Assembly (NCBI GenBank): GCA_020891255.1
Contig: BQFW01000008.1
Location: forward strand, 1,364,001 to 1,428,000
DNA from: Entomortierella parvispora E1425
Lineage: Eukaryota > Fungi > Mortierellomycota
Length of the DNA: 64,000 nucleotides
Direction: 5' to 3'
The stretch's first letter is position 1, and the number at the start of each line of letters is the position of its first letter. The notes beneath the pieces are model-generated. The model was not told the origin of the DNA. It ran no database searches and saw nothing but the letters and a program-made list of their open reading frames with translations. A program made the translations under genes and the position numbers. Of the stretch, positions 1 through 12,000 are shown piece by piece.

Positions 1-473
1 AAGGATCAAAAAATAATAATTCATAAAAAGAAAACAAAGAAAAAGGTGGTGGTGAACGTCAGAAACATATCGAGGAAAAGCACAGATTTTTTGCAATGGT
101 GGCCTTTCAGGTTGGTGGCGCAGGTCAAATATTTTTACAGAATGATTTTCTTTTTTTCTTACTCTTCGCGCAATTTCTCGTCATGGACGAGATCACAGTT
201 GCCCAGGTCCGACTTTGTGTTGGTGAACAGGCTGTTGGGACAAAACTTGACAAGGAAGTGCTTGCAGACCTGGGTGGTGACAAAAAAAAATAATGGAGGG
301 AGAGAAATGTTAGAGAAAAGCGCCCTCAGGATTGCAACACCGACCATTACTGGGAGCGGACGCATGGGAGAGTCATGGAACGACTGCGGTACCTCCTTGT
401 CCCAAAACTTGTGCTTGCTTGGCTCAAAGGCGGCAAAGAGCTCACTGACAGCGGATCGTGCGTAGTTAGACAT
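1..473 (-). CDS. LUC7: LUC7-family U1 snRNP-associated splicing factor, 5' part only (exons 393-473 and 163-269; runs off the window start)
   Basis: Spliced translation MSNYARSAVSELFAAFEPSKHKFWDKE|VCKHFLVKFCPNSLFTNTKSDLGNCDLVHDEKLREE matches the LUC7/LUC7L3 N-terminal CCCH finger pattern (VC..YL...CP..LFTNT+SDLG.C...HD). GT-AG sites are in frame. Confidence 0.85.
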
Positions 474-623
474 GGTCGAAATCCGGTTCCTGTTTGTGTT
501 TCCAGTGCAGAGTGATGAAATGCAGCAAGGCGGCAGATGCAAAAAATACCCCTTCAAAAAACCCGCACAAGACACGTCACGACCCTTAATTGATTTTTAT
601 TGGGGACATTTTTATCCTAAAAT

Positions 624-3600
624 TCATCGCCTCACGTACAGCTGCTCAAACTCGGCATCCAAGGTGTTGTCTCCCTGCAACTGATAGCCGGTGCCGCCAA
701 TGGCCGCTCCACATTCTGGGCAGGTCGAGGCTTGGTTGGCGAGGCCACAGTTGGCAATCACGTACTAATGGGCAACAACGACGTTAGAAGATATGAAAAA
801 TGTTTAGTAGGGTTGTTTTCTTGGCCTGTACTCGTATGCCCTCCCTTTTTTTTTCTCTCTCTTTGTAAGTAAAAGGACCTACCGTGTGCCCATTGGGGCA
901 TTGATACCAGTGGCCGGCGCCTTGCATCGTCGCTGACATGGCCATATAAATGCTCAACTTTTCTTCTGGCGACAGTGGCGCAATTATTCCCCTGGCTGCC
1001 TTCAACGCTCGCTCCATCCTCTGTTGGTAACCCTTGGCTCTTTCCAGACTCTCTTTCATGATCCCCTGGACTTGTGGTAGGTGCTCCTTTTCGAGCTCCT
1101 CATAAAGATCCAAGAATCGATATTCCAGCTCTGCGACTGTACTCTGGCGTTTGTCTCTGGCTGCTTTGGCCTTTTCTGGGTCCAGATCCAAAACAACACT
1201 TCGTTGACCGATCAACACCACGGATTCGACACAGAGGCTCATCTGGTTCAGATGGCCGTAGACAACCTTGCGCCAGTATTTGCCTCGAATAGCAGCCTCC
1301 TTGTGCTTCCCTGCGATGGCATTCGCACACCGGATCACGTCCTCCAAGAACCAATACCAACCAGAGTCAGCCCCAACTCTCTCCATAGCTTTGTCCGCTT
1401 GGTTCATGACCACAAAGAGAGCGTTCGTCATAGACTCCAACGAATCCACCAAAGTGGGACCTGGATGACCATCTGCGGGTAATCCACACTCGCGAATACA
1501 CTCTTCAATGACTTCCTCCATCAACTCCTCGTTCTCTACCTCGAGTCCTTCATGGGCGCCATCTTGTTCCATTGGATCCAGGGTCAGAGTTGTCCTCGAG
1601 CGATAGAGATGAGAGACAGCACTTTCGAAAAGAACTCTTGTCGGAGCTGCAAAAGCCGCGCGATGGATCCTCAGGGTCTTGGCGAAGGGTTCCCAGATGA
1701 ACTTGCAAAGACTCTGCCATGCAGCTTGATGTTCCTTTGGAATCCCATAGCCCCTGTGGATTAAGCAAAAGCTGACGTTCGGCGTCGGCTCTGCTTCTGA
1801 AGTGAATCGACCGAGTCTCCTGTTGGCCGGCGCAGGTGCTTTCAGGACTGGAGTGGGTACGACTTTGCTCAAGGCAGTAAGGAAAGTGGCAGATTGACTC
1901 TCAACCGCTGCACGAGCCACGTCCATTTCTGTTTGAGCTTCAGTCATGGCATTTTGCTGCAGAGCCAGGTATTTTTTGATGCGATCTGACAGGTGTGCGT
2001 GTTTGATTCGGCGACCATACCGGACCAAATGGACTATGGGCTTGCGGCAAAGATGACAGCAAACCTGGCCAACAGCATCCTCGGTTTGTAGTTGCTTCTT
2101 GCCGACAAAAGTAACCTCTCCTGTGCGCTTGTCTGTCTCTGCTTCGTAATAGAGATCTATTTCCATCATGCCGTCCAGGGAGGCTACAGTGAGGGCATGT
2201 CCGCAAGCTAGGACCAGAATAGGATCCTCGTTCAGATCAATGTCCCTCAAGGATTTTTGCATGATCAAGTCCACCATCATGTCCATCGCGTTGGTATCCT
2301 TGCCGCACTCGACACAAAAACGCACAGAGGGACAGTCTTCCATGCAAATCGAAGGACATTGGTGTCCGCACGCCAGAGTTTTGGGACACCTCTCGTTACA
2401 AGGCAACCTATTGCATGGTGCACCGCAGGGCATATCGCATCGCCCTTGATGTGGACATTCCCAGATACATGGTTGGCAACACGCAGCACAGGGTTCGCCG
2501 CACTTGAAGGCGCACTTGAAATGTGCGCAAGATACTTCGCAGTTTTGCTTGCAAGGTGGACATGGCGCTCCCTCGTGGCAGTTTTGTGGGCATGTATGGC
2601 CGCATTTTTGAGTACGTCCACATTTTGTCTTGCAGGGTCCATGCTCTGTACGTTCGACCTCCACGTTAAGCTGAGGCTCTCCTTCTGCCAAGAGAGTTGT
2701 CGTACCGAGACACTCGTAGCAATCACGAAGACATGGGTGTCCACATTTGAGAGTTTTTCTGCATGGCGCTCGACAGTGCACATCCGCCACAGACCGACAG
2801 CACACCATGTCCAGAGAATGCTCGCATCTGGGTAGTTTCCGTCTGACCTGCTGACTGCAAACAATAAGAGTGGGGTCCTGCTTTTGGTAACAGTGAGGTT
2901 CGAGGAAAACATGCTCGCAGTCCAACAAAATCGGTCCGACTTTGACCATGCATCTGCCACAGGCATCCCCACACTCCTTGGGGCAGACATGCTGACAGCC
3001 AGGAAGAAGTCTAGGGCATGGCTCGTGGCATTTAATAAGGCGATGCCCAAGATCGTTTGGATGGCCTAATATAAAGAAAGAATAAATAATACCAATAAAT
3101 ACATGCATACTGGACAAGCTATCGGGTATGAAAGAAACAACATTCGCTTACATTGTAGAGGACAGACATGACCGCATGGCATGTTGGAGCCGCAGCTTAG
3201 GGTACAGCCACCGTTCGGTGCGAGCATTTTGAGAGATTGAGGTGAAGTGACAATGTTGGAGTTTTGGGGGTGATTCTTGCATTCAATGGGGAAGCCCTCT
3301 CCGATGCGGTTGTGCTCCCTCAGCTCATTGATAACGGCTGGCCAAATGCCGTTTCGGGACTGGTCCATGAGATCAGCTTTACCAAGGAGATACATTCCAT
3401 GCTGAGCTCGTGAAAGCAAGACGTTGGTGCGGTTGGGAGATTTTAGGAAGCCGATAGTTCCAGACGAACCGCTTCGCACAAGGGAGATAATGACGATCTT
3501 GGCCTCTTCTCCCTATAGTAATAGTCAGTATGGAAAATGTCAATGCCAAACTCGATCTGCTCGTAATAATAGTAAGCAGGATACATATCTCTGTACCTGG

Positions 3601-6600
3601 TAATTGTCAATAGTTCGAAGCGTCAGATAGTTGTTCAGTTTGATATTCTTGACCTTGGCGGTCGCAGTCGGGGCTTGAGTACTTGTGGTATCTTCTTTAC
3701 CATTGTCCTCATGCGCTTCATTTTCGTCCAACTTCTCCAAATCGCGGTCGTCAATGACCAACATGAAACTTTGGCTTAAGCGATCTCGTAGCTTTGACAA
3801 TTGGCCGAGGTAAGGAGTCAAGATTGCAATATCTCCAGGCTGATCGTAACCGTTCTTGATGAGATAGTTGGCCAAGGATTCTACCATCTCAACCTCGAAC
3901 GAGTTGGAGAACGACTGCATTCCGTACTGGTCCTTGGCATCCTCGGGATGAGAATGGTCCATAAAGTAGAGGTTTTCAGCCATACCAGAGACGTTCGGGT
4001 GCTTCAAAGCATCCCCACCATCCTCGAGGTTTGGATAGAGGGTCGTTCTGATAAGACTCGAGATCTCGGGTCGCATTCGACGCTGGGTGTTCATGTGAGA
4101 GAGTGGGAGCCTGTTGGTCTGTGAGGTTACCAATCGTTCAAAAAGGGACCTGTCAAGGTTGTAGTTGGCGCCAATCTTGGAGTCGGACGACAAGTTGTAC
4201 GTTTCGATCTGTGGTCGGAGCTGGAGATGGTCGCCGATCAGGATCAGGTGCTGACTCGACGGCGTGAGCGCAGAGATGATGTGGCACTCGAGTACCTCAC
4301 CCGCTTCCTCGCAGATGATGATCTTTGGCGCCACGTTGGCAATCAGCTCTTGCATCTTGGCTGCGCCATTAGTGGTCATTCCAATAACGGATGCCCCCCG
4401 GACAATAGATCGACGAATCTCGTCAAAGGCCTGGTTCTTGCTGTTCTGAACCTCCTTGGCTCTCTTCAAGAGTATCCCCATCCTATCCATCATGAGTGCC
4501 TGAACAGCTGGTTTCCATGACGCTTGTAATCGACGACGCTCCACCTCTGACATACCCCATACGCTCTCACGATGCAGCGCCTGCAGAGGGCGGTCAGTTT
4601 TCGGCACGGGTAACAGACGCGGCTGCGATACGGGCTGAATCACGTCATCGTTGAAAAGGTCATAGATGTTGTTCTGTGGGCGAGGTTGCCTTGTCGTAAT
4701 ATTGGCGTTGTAACGTTCTTTGTGTCGAATGTCAACACAGCGGATCCATTGCTGGTATCCAGTGAGATTATTGGTGCCTCTTCCGCGGAATACAGTCTCA
4801 AAGGCTCCCTCCTCTTCATCTCCATCTTCATCTTCTCCATCTTCATCTTCTTCATCCTCGTCGGCGTCTTCAAGTCGCTCCTGAACATCCAATCCATAAC
4901 TGTACAGACTGGTTTTATAGTCGGACTCAAGCTCGTCCAAATGCTCGGGGTGAAGGACGCTAAGATGGAGACTCACAAACTCCCATGGCAAACTAGGGGA
5001 TCGGAAGGCCTCCTCCAAGTCTTGGATTTCTTCAGAGACCGAGTCTCCCAACTCAAAGGCCTCACGGAGAGTCTGTCGAACTTGGAACGGCTTTGGTCGA
5101 GTTGCCATCAGAGTGGCAAGATTGTAGCCTGCAAGACTTTCTGATTTCGAACGTGCTCCAATGCGGACAATATCCTTGACACCCTTTTTTAATAGATGCT
5201 CCAAGAACTGATCCAGCGCATGGTTGGTGTAACAAATGCAAAGGATTGGACCACAGTTCATCAGAGCCTTGTTGGCCAGGAGGACTAGAAGTAGGTCGAT
5301 ACCAATTTTGGTCTTTCCTGTTCCAGGAGGGCTAGTTGCATAGGTTGGACAAGGATAGAGGTTGTTAATTAATGCAGACAGGGACATGATACATGATCAA
5401 TAGAAAACTTACCCACTGATGAGGGCCACTTCACGACAAAGAGTTTCCACTAGAGCCGCGGCTTGGGTATAATCCAGAGAGCTGTGAAGTCGCAGTGTTT
5501 TGACAGCATCTTCGACCGACTGAGGGCTCGACGGCGCAAGGAACAATTTTCGGTTCGGAGTCAGGACTGAGAGATCATAGGCAAACCCTGGGGCAAGGGT
5601 ATATTGGGGCGGATCCACCGAAACCCTTGGCGTTCTTTCCTCTGCCGTGGGTGCCAAATACTTGCCAAAAGGCAAACACGCGGGCTCACATTGCTTCAGG
5701 GCTTGCAAAATTGGTCGATAGGACTCAAAGAATCCTCCAGAGGTCTCCACGAGAAACCAGTGATGTCGTCTGCCGTAGTCTGGGGCCTGATCATCACCTG
5801 ACTGGAGCATGGTCAGGTACTGAGAATTATCCTCGAGGGAGATGTGGAGATGTGCCTTGTTGTCGTCTTCGGCCAGTAGGTCGGTGTCCCTGTTCGTGAT
5901 GACAGCAAGAATCATCTCAATGTTGGAGCCATATTCCTCCTCGCCATCCTCGTTACTCAAACCTGGACGATCGTTCAGTTTTCTCACAAGGCAGACCAGG
6001 CCCCCATGCATCAAACGACTTTTCGACTTTTCCCAAATCTCCTTCCGACGCTTGAAGGGCTGGCCCTTGATATTGCCTGGCTGTGAGAAGGCGATGCAAA
6101 TCGATCCACTAAGGTTCTTGACGGTTTCCATTCTGAGAAATTCCACATTGCCATAGACATTCAGGTTCACGTTGTCGTCCAAATTCTTTCGAAGGACCTT
6201 TGGCTGAAGGAGGGTAGCTTCGGATCCAATCTCGACTCGGTCCAACAGTTTCAAAAAGCTTTTGATTCCATTTCTGAGCGAATCCAGCATATCCTCTCGA
6301 TAGAGGCGAAAGTGAATGTCAATCTGACGCTTCCATCCAGCAGCGATGAAGTGAGGGGCATCTTGTACATCGTTCGAAGGCAAAAATGGAGCTCGACTGC
6401 AAGTCACCTCTTTGCGAGTAGGCAGCAGCTGGATGTCTGATATCTGGGCATGGTCGTTATCGTGTCGGGCTCCTTCTCCCGAGAGGTCACCAGGAGGATC
6501 ATAGCTCATTGCCAAATGGGCCAAGCTGGGGACAAATGGGCAGGTGCCCCTTCTCGACGTAGAGTGTGTAGCTGCACCCTGCTCGCTCGAACGAGCCAGG

Positions 6601-7571
6601 GTCTCATCGGCGTCGGAAACGATTTTTTTCAGACGCGTCACCTCCTTGTCAAGGATCTTGTTGGAGAACTGGGCCTCTGGTGTTGCATTGATAGTTCGGA
6701 TGCAATCCATAGCCAGGGCATGAAGCCGTTGGATTGTGTCAGCCAACTCGAAACGGGCTTCTTGGACACGCCTGACCAACTGGTAAAAGAGTCGGACAAT
6801 TGCCAGAATCGCGTACTGCACGGAGCTGATTCTTGCACAGGACTCCTTTTCGCTCATGGCAAGTCGAGGATATCCACGGTCCTCCAATGACCCGCGCGCA
6901 ACTGCTTTGGTCAAGCAAGGGAGGACACCGTTCCTTAGGAATCTTTCTTGGTGAAGATAGACTGTCGAATAGATGAGTCCAGATTCTTTGGTCATCGTCG
7001 TCTGACAGACGCGCTCTCGAGTCAACACACCGATGAGGGGCAGCACGACGTTCTGAAAGGACATGCAGAAACGGTCATTGCTGGCATCCAAATCCATGCG
7101 CAAGAGAAGAATATCCGTCAATCGAGTCAGGCCCGAGCTAGAGGACAAGTCCTTTAAGGTATCCGAGGTATCGACGTTGTGGTGGTTCGACAGGTTCAAC
7201 AGCAGCGAGTTGACAAACCTTTGGATGGTCTTCTGAGAACTAAACCCCGGAAAATCTCTCCAGCGCAGAATGCCGCCTGCAAACGACAGCTGGGCTTCAT
7301 CCGCGGCGGCGACAATGACGAGATCATCTGTCGCTTCGCCAGCAACCTGGACCGTGGCGTCTCGTTGGGGGGTAACGACCTCTTGAACCTCTTCCTCGGT
7401 GAATCGTGAACCCCCACGGCCACGTCCTCGACCTTGTCCACGATGAACTTCTACGTTACCCCTGAAAACATGGCCTCCTTCACCTCGACCAAAACCTCGA
7501 CCAAAACCTCGACCACGACCTCCGCCTCTTCCGCGGCCTCCTTGAAAAGCACCATAGTCATTGGCCATCAT
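624..7571 (-). CDS. ZNFX1: NFX1-type zinc-finger SF1 (UPF1-like) RNA helicase, ZNFX1/Hrr1/SAD-3 family, about 2192 aa (exons 5413-7571, 3597-5331, 3152-3512, 883-3065, 624-764)
   Basis: Walker A ISG|PPGTGKT formed across intron 1; motif II CEEAGE; GDHLQLRP; TIDNYQ|GEE; NVLLSRAQHG; many CGH.C...CH NF-X1 fingers; C-terminal WYQCPNGHT|YVIANCG...CPECGAAIGG RZ finger. Exon phases are consistent and sum to 6579 nt. Confidence 0.93.
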
Positions 7572-9041
7572 TCTCGGTTCTACGAATGGGTTGCATTAGT
7601 TATCATCACACATCTTTCAAGAGCAACAAGGAGTGAGTGTACTTACAAATTCTCGTGCTTGGAGTTGCTTGGAGTCTTTTTTTGGCTTTTTTTTTTTTTG
7701 TTGTGTTGTTGTTCTTGTTTTTGTTGGAGCTACAGCCTTTGACAGAGAACCCGTGTTGATGATGGCATAAAAAGATGCATGATGGCAAGGGATACACATG
7801 TGAGCAAGTGGGCCTCATTTTTGGAGGAATACCCTTGGGAGGGTCCATCCATACCCGGAGCTTTTTACCTTGGAGCACGCAAGTATGTTATGTCGATATC
7901 TGTTTCGTCTTTGGCTTGCTGATAAAGAGAAGGATGTGATCGTACTGTTGTCTTTGAAGGGGCTGTCTGCTATCCTAGAGGGAATGATGCAGCAAAAGAA
8001 TGCTTTCAAAATGCAAAGTGAGGAAGGAAACTGGAGCGTGATGAAAGGGGAGGTACGCGGGGATGGATAGGGAGAGGGACAAGAGAAAGGAAGGCCAAGA
8101 GCATGCGTAAAAAACATAAAAAATACCACAGCAAGCAAGAAAAGCAAAAGGCAAAGCAAGCCTGGCCAGAAAATGATCGGTGGGAGACTGACTCGCGATC
8201 ATCAGCTTTGCCTTTTCATGTGGAATTGAGTGTGAAATTGAGTGTGGTATTGACGCGATCCTTTGTCCCCTGTGCACAACCAATGCGTCAAATGACAACG
8301 CTCCCTCCCCGCTCCTGCCTCGAGTACGCAGCAATCGCGTTGACTTTGCCAAAGGCGAGGCTTTTCTGGTGGAAAGAGATAGACGGGGGCCATTCATCCA
8401 TCCTAGATCAAGCTGCTGTGCTGTGCTGTGCTGTGGCGCCACCAAAATGGACCTACTGTCTGTGCGCGCAGTGAGATTCTCTCCCGTGCGCCAAAATGCC
8501 GGGCACCGTCATCGCCGTTACAATTCCATCGTTCCATCCTCTTGAGGTCACCCAGTGGCAACTCTATGCAACTCAAGGACAAACCCACCGGGGCCTTTCG
8601 CATTCGTATGAAAAACGGCCCAGCCTTGCTCTTTGCAGGAAAAAGAGGGTACGCTGGGTCATTACGCCATGACACTCCACACCAACGGCGCCTGTACAAC
8701 AAGGATAGATGCTACTATTGTAGATCTTCCTATTCTCCAACGACAACAATCTTATCATTCACAGAGGAGGCAGTACCAACAATGTTATTTGGCACAGTCC
8801 TATAAACTAGTCCAAGGTCACTGGCATCAACACCTGTAATGCATCTGTGCTCTAGACTCCTCTGTCAGTCCAGCAAATACGCAACCCATGAGCACCTTGG
8901 CCATAATACAACCTGGACATTATATCGCAAGAGTGATGAAGCTCACCATTGCATTGGATCGAATTATATTACTAAACGGAAAAAAGGAAATGCATTTTTT
9001 TACAATAGAAAGAAAGGTTGCGTTGTTTTTGCTGCTGCTGT

Positions 9042-12000
9042 CTATCCATCTGAGAGGCCAAGTGCACGACGCGGAGAAAGTGCCAAAGGGGAGGCCATCG
9101 TAGGCGTCGTAGCCGATGATGGCTGTGAAGAGGAAGGTGCTGGTGATTGTAACATCGAAGCAGCACTAGCAGACATTCGCTTTCCATTGCTACTGTTCGC
9201 TGGCGACATGTTCACACGGTCATTGTACATCCGGGTCGCCATGTGGCCCGCTCCTTTTCCCGACACATCCCCGGCATGGTTCGGATACATAGAGCTGGCA
9301 CTGCTGCTGCTCAAATAATCCTCACCGACGCTCTCCTTCCGAGATCGGTTCCCTCCAAGCCTAAAGTAGCTTCCAGATGTGGATGCCTGGGACCCAGTCC
9401 ATGACCTGTTCTCCTGGATGGAGGGGGATGTCGCGTTGCTGGGTGGTAATATCTGCGACAAGGCTGGACTGTTGGCCATAGCGGCCGCAAGGGCTTCTGT
9501 CTCGGACCACCCTGCAGAAACTGCTGCCGCTGCTGCCGAGATCACGGCGGCTGATGGAATAGTAGCGTTGCCGCTTATTGACAGATTCGTGTTCAGTCGA
9601 CTTGGTTTCTTTCGGCGACGTCTTCTCCTTTGACCACCTCCTATTCCAAACTCCGGATCATAGAGATCATCATCGTCATCGTCATTGTCGACATCGACTG
9701 TCATCATCGAGCTTCTGTTGGACGTGAGGTTGGGTCGTGGAGGGTCTGAAGGGGTTGGATCGACTGGCGATGGCTTGCCCGGCGTCCGATTCGACTTTGG
9801 CGCCGCCAAAGATGCAGTTTCTGACTGGATGGCTTTCGTGGTGCCAGCGCCGTCGGGGCGGATACTGTTCTCTTGACTCTCTTGACTTTGGATGGTAGTG
9901 GATGGCTGCTGCTGGTCTTTGAGAGCATCTTCTCCCTGATTAGGATTAGATACAGAGATGTCGTCCGCACTGATGTCTGCCAAAGGGGCCGAGGGATGAA
10001 TCGCTGCTAACTCGGAAGACTTTGGCACACTCAAACTTGCGATGGGAGCGATTTCAGGCGCCAACGCGTTCGCGATGCCGTTACTCTTTTGCTCAAGAGG
10101 CGACTCTCGTTCCGCTTCCTTGTCCTCCATCACATCTTCGCTCCTGCCCATCTCAATGAAAGGCGCTTGGTTCTTTAAGCTCTTCCTGTGGAAGTAGCTG
10201 TTGCTGTTCTCTCGGCGATTAGCAATGAACTGTTGTCCTGTGGGTATATAATTTGACGCGTTGCTATCCGTACTCGTCCACTCGATTCCGGGGCGGGCCC
10301 ATCGAGCTGCTCCATTGGCTACATCTTCATAAAACTCCCCATTGGATCCAACTTGATGGGGGTGGGCGCCATATTGATCAATTGAAGATGGAGGGAACTG
10401 GTTGTAGTTCTGGTTAAAAGTGTTGTTGGCCGCGTACACAGACTGGCTGCTGGCCCCACTTGTCGACTTTACAGAGTCCGTTCTGTGCCAAAGCCGTGAT
10501 AAACTGTTGGAAATACTCAGTCGGGAAGTCCAAGATGATGGCGCTGGTGGGGCCACGCATGGGTCCGAATAAGGAGGTCCACCTAAACCTGGAATGCCCA
10601 CGTTGGCCATCTCTGGTGAGATGACCATGGAGCGCATGTTGGTGATTGGTTGACTCATAAAGTCCGGAACACCATCCACGTTGGCAGATCTACGGCGCAT
10701 CACTGCACCGCCACTGAGCCCACCCCCGCCAGTAGGACATCCAGAAGCGTGGGGCGGGGTTGAGTTCGTTGAGGAAGTGGATGCAGATCTGGCCGATAGT
10801 GCTTGGAGATCCTCTTCTGAAAACAAACTCATCCAACTGTCTAATCGATATTGGCTGGAGAACCGAATCAGTAAAGTTCCTGCGTGACAGGTGGTGACCC
10901 TTATAGTCGGGTCTGGCTCATTCTGAAGCTGGTACATCGACAACATCAGATAGCTGGTAGATCGTCCATCGGTGCTCTTTTGAATGTTTAATTACACAGA
11001 AAGGAGGAGAAAGAGAGAGTTAATCCTCGATTCAAACGCATTGCAACAGACAAGAATGATGTAGGGGGGTTTTAACACGTGTCATCCAACTTACGTCTAC
11101 AGAAAGAAACGCGTGTGCCTCTGGCATCAGGATCAATGTCGCCATGGACCAGTGGGAGAGAAGACTAGCAATTCGGCTCTTGTGAACGCGAATTGGGAGC
11201 AAAAACTATTTGTTTTGAGAAATTTTGTTAGACCAGAGAAGCCAATAGCCTCTATGCTACAATTCCAGGACACAGTTCTTCACTTACCACATAAGCATCG
11301 AGCTAATGAAATTATAGAAAACGTAAACACAGGACATCCAGGTGTTAGAGTCATTGCTCTGTCAGCGCTCTCAGAAGAAAGGAAGGTCCAGCACAACTCA
11401 CCATTCTATGTGCACCAGAGGACGAACTGCCGAAAGTTCTCTCCGCCTGCAATCCACTTCGCAAAGGCTCTTCCTTTTCTTCTCCTTCACCTCCTGCTCC
11501 GGCATCTGTGGCATCTTGCTCATGTCTACCAAGTCTCTGAACCTGGTGTTCATTTTCATCCTCAAACAGCGGTGCCTGTATGGCGGTGTCCAAGGCCCCA
11601 GACCATTTCCTTCGACCAAAGCCTAAGCCGACCCCATCATCCAAGGGTAGGGACTCTGAGGAAAAAGTATCCGCGTGTATTGTCCTGGCTGTCGATGCAT
11701 TACCCTTTTGTGGGATCCGTGCGTTCATCCAAGCTCCTAGCGGGTTTCTTTCAATCTTGGTAATCATACCATTAGATGTGGTGGTGGACTCGGCTGTAGA
11801 TGATCGTTTCCTAGCACCACTAAACACCGGATCCAAGACTTTTTCTGCCGTGATTGAGCTCCGCTTGCCTCCTGCCATCTCCAAATCTGAAGCCGGGATG
11901 CCTCCTCCTGCAATGGCTGGTCTTCGACTGACTTTAATATCGCCAGGCATTCGTCCCATGACTGCTGCTCCACCAAACCCGCCGCCGAGCCTTGTTTGGT

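Noticed and set aside
7572-9041. Possible HMG-box sex gene or transposon remnant upstream of the helicase
   Set aside because: None of the short ORFs has HMG, transposase or RT motifs, and no terminal repeats were seen.
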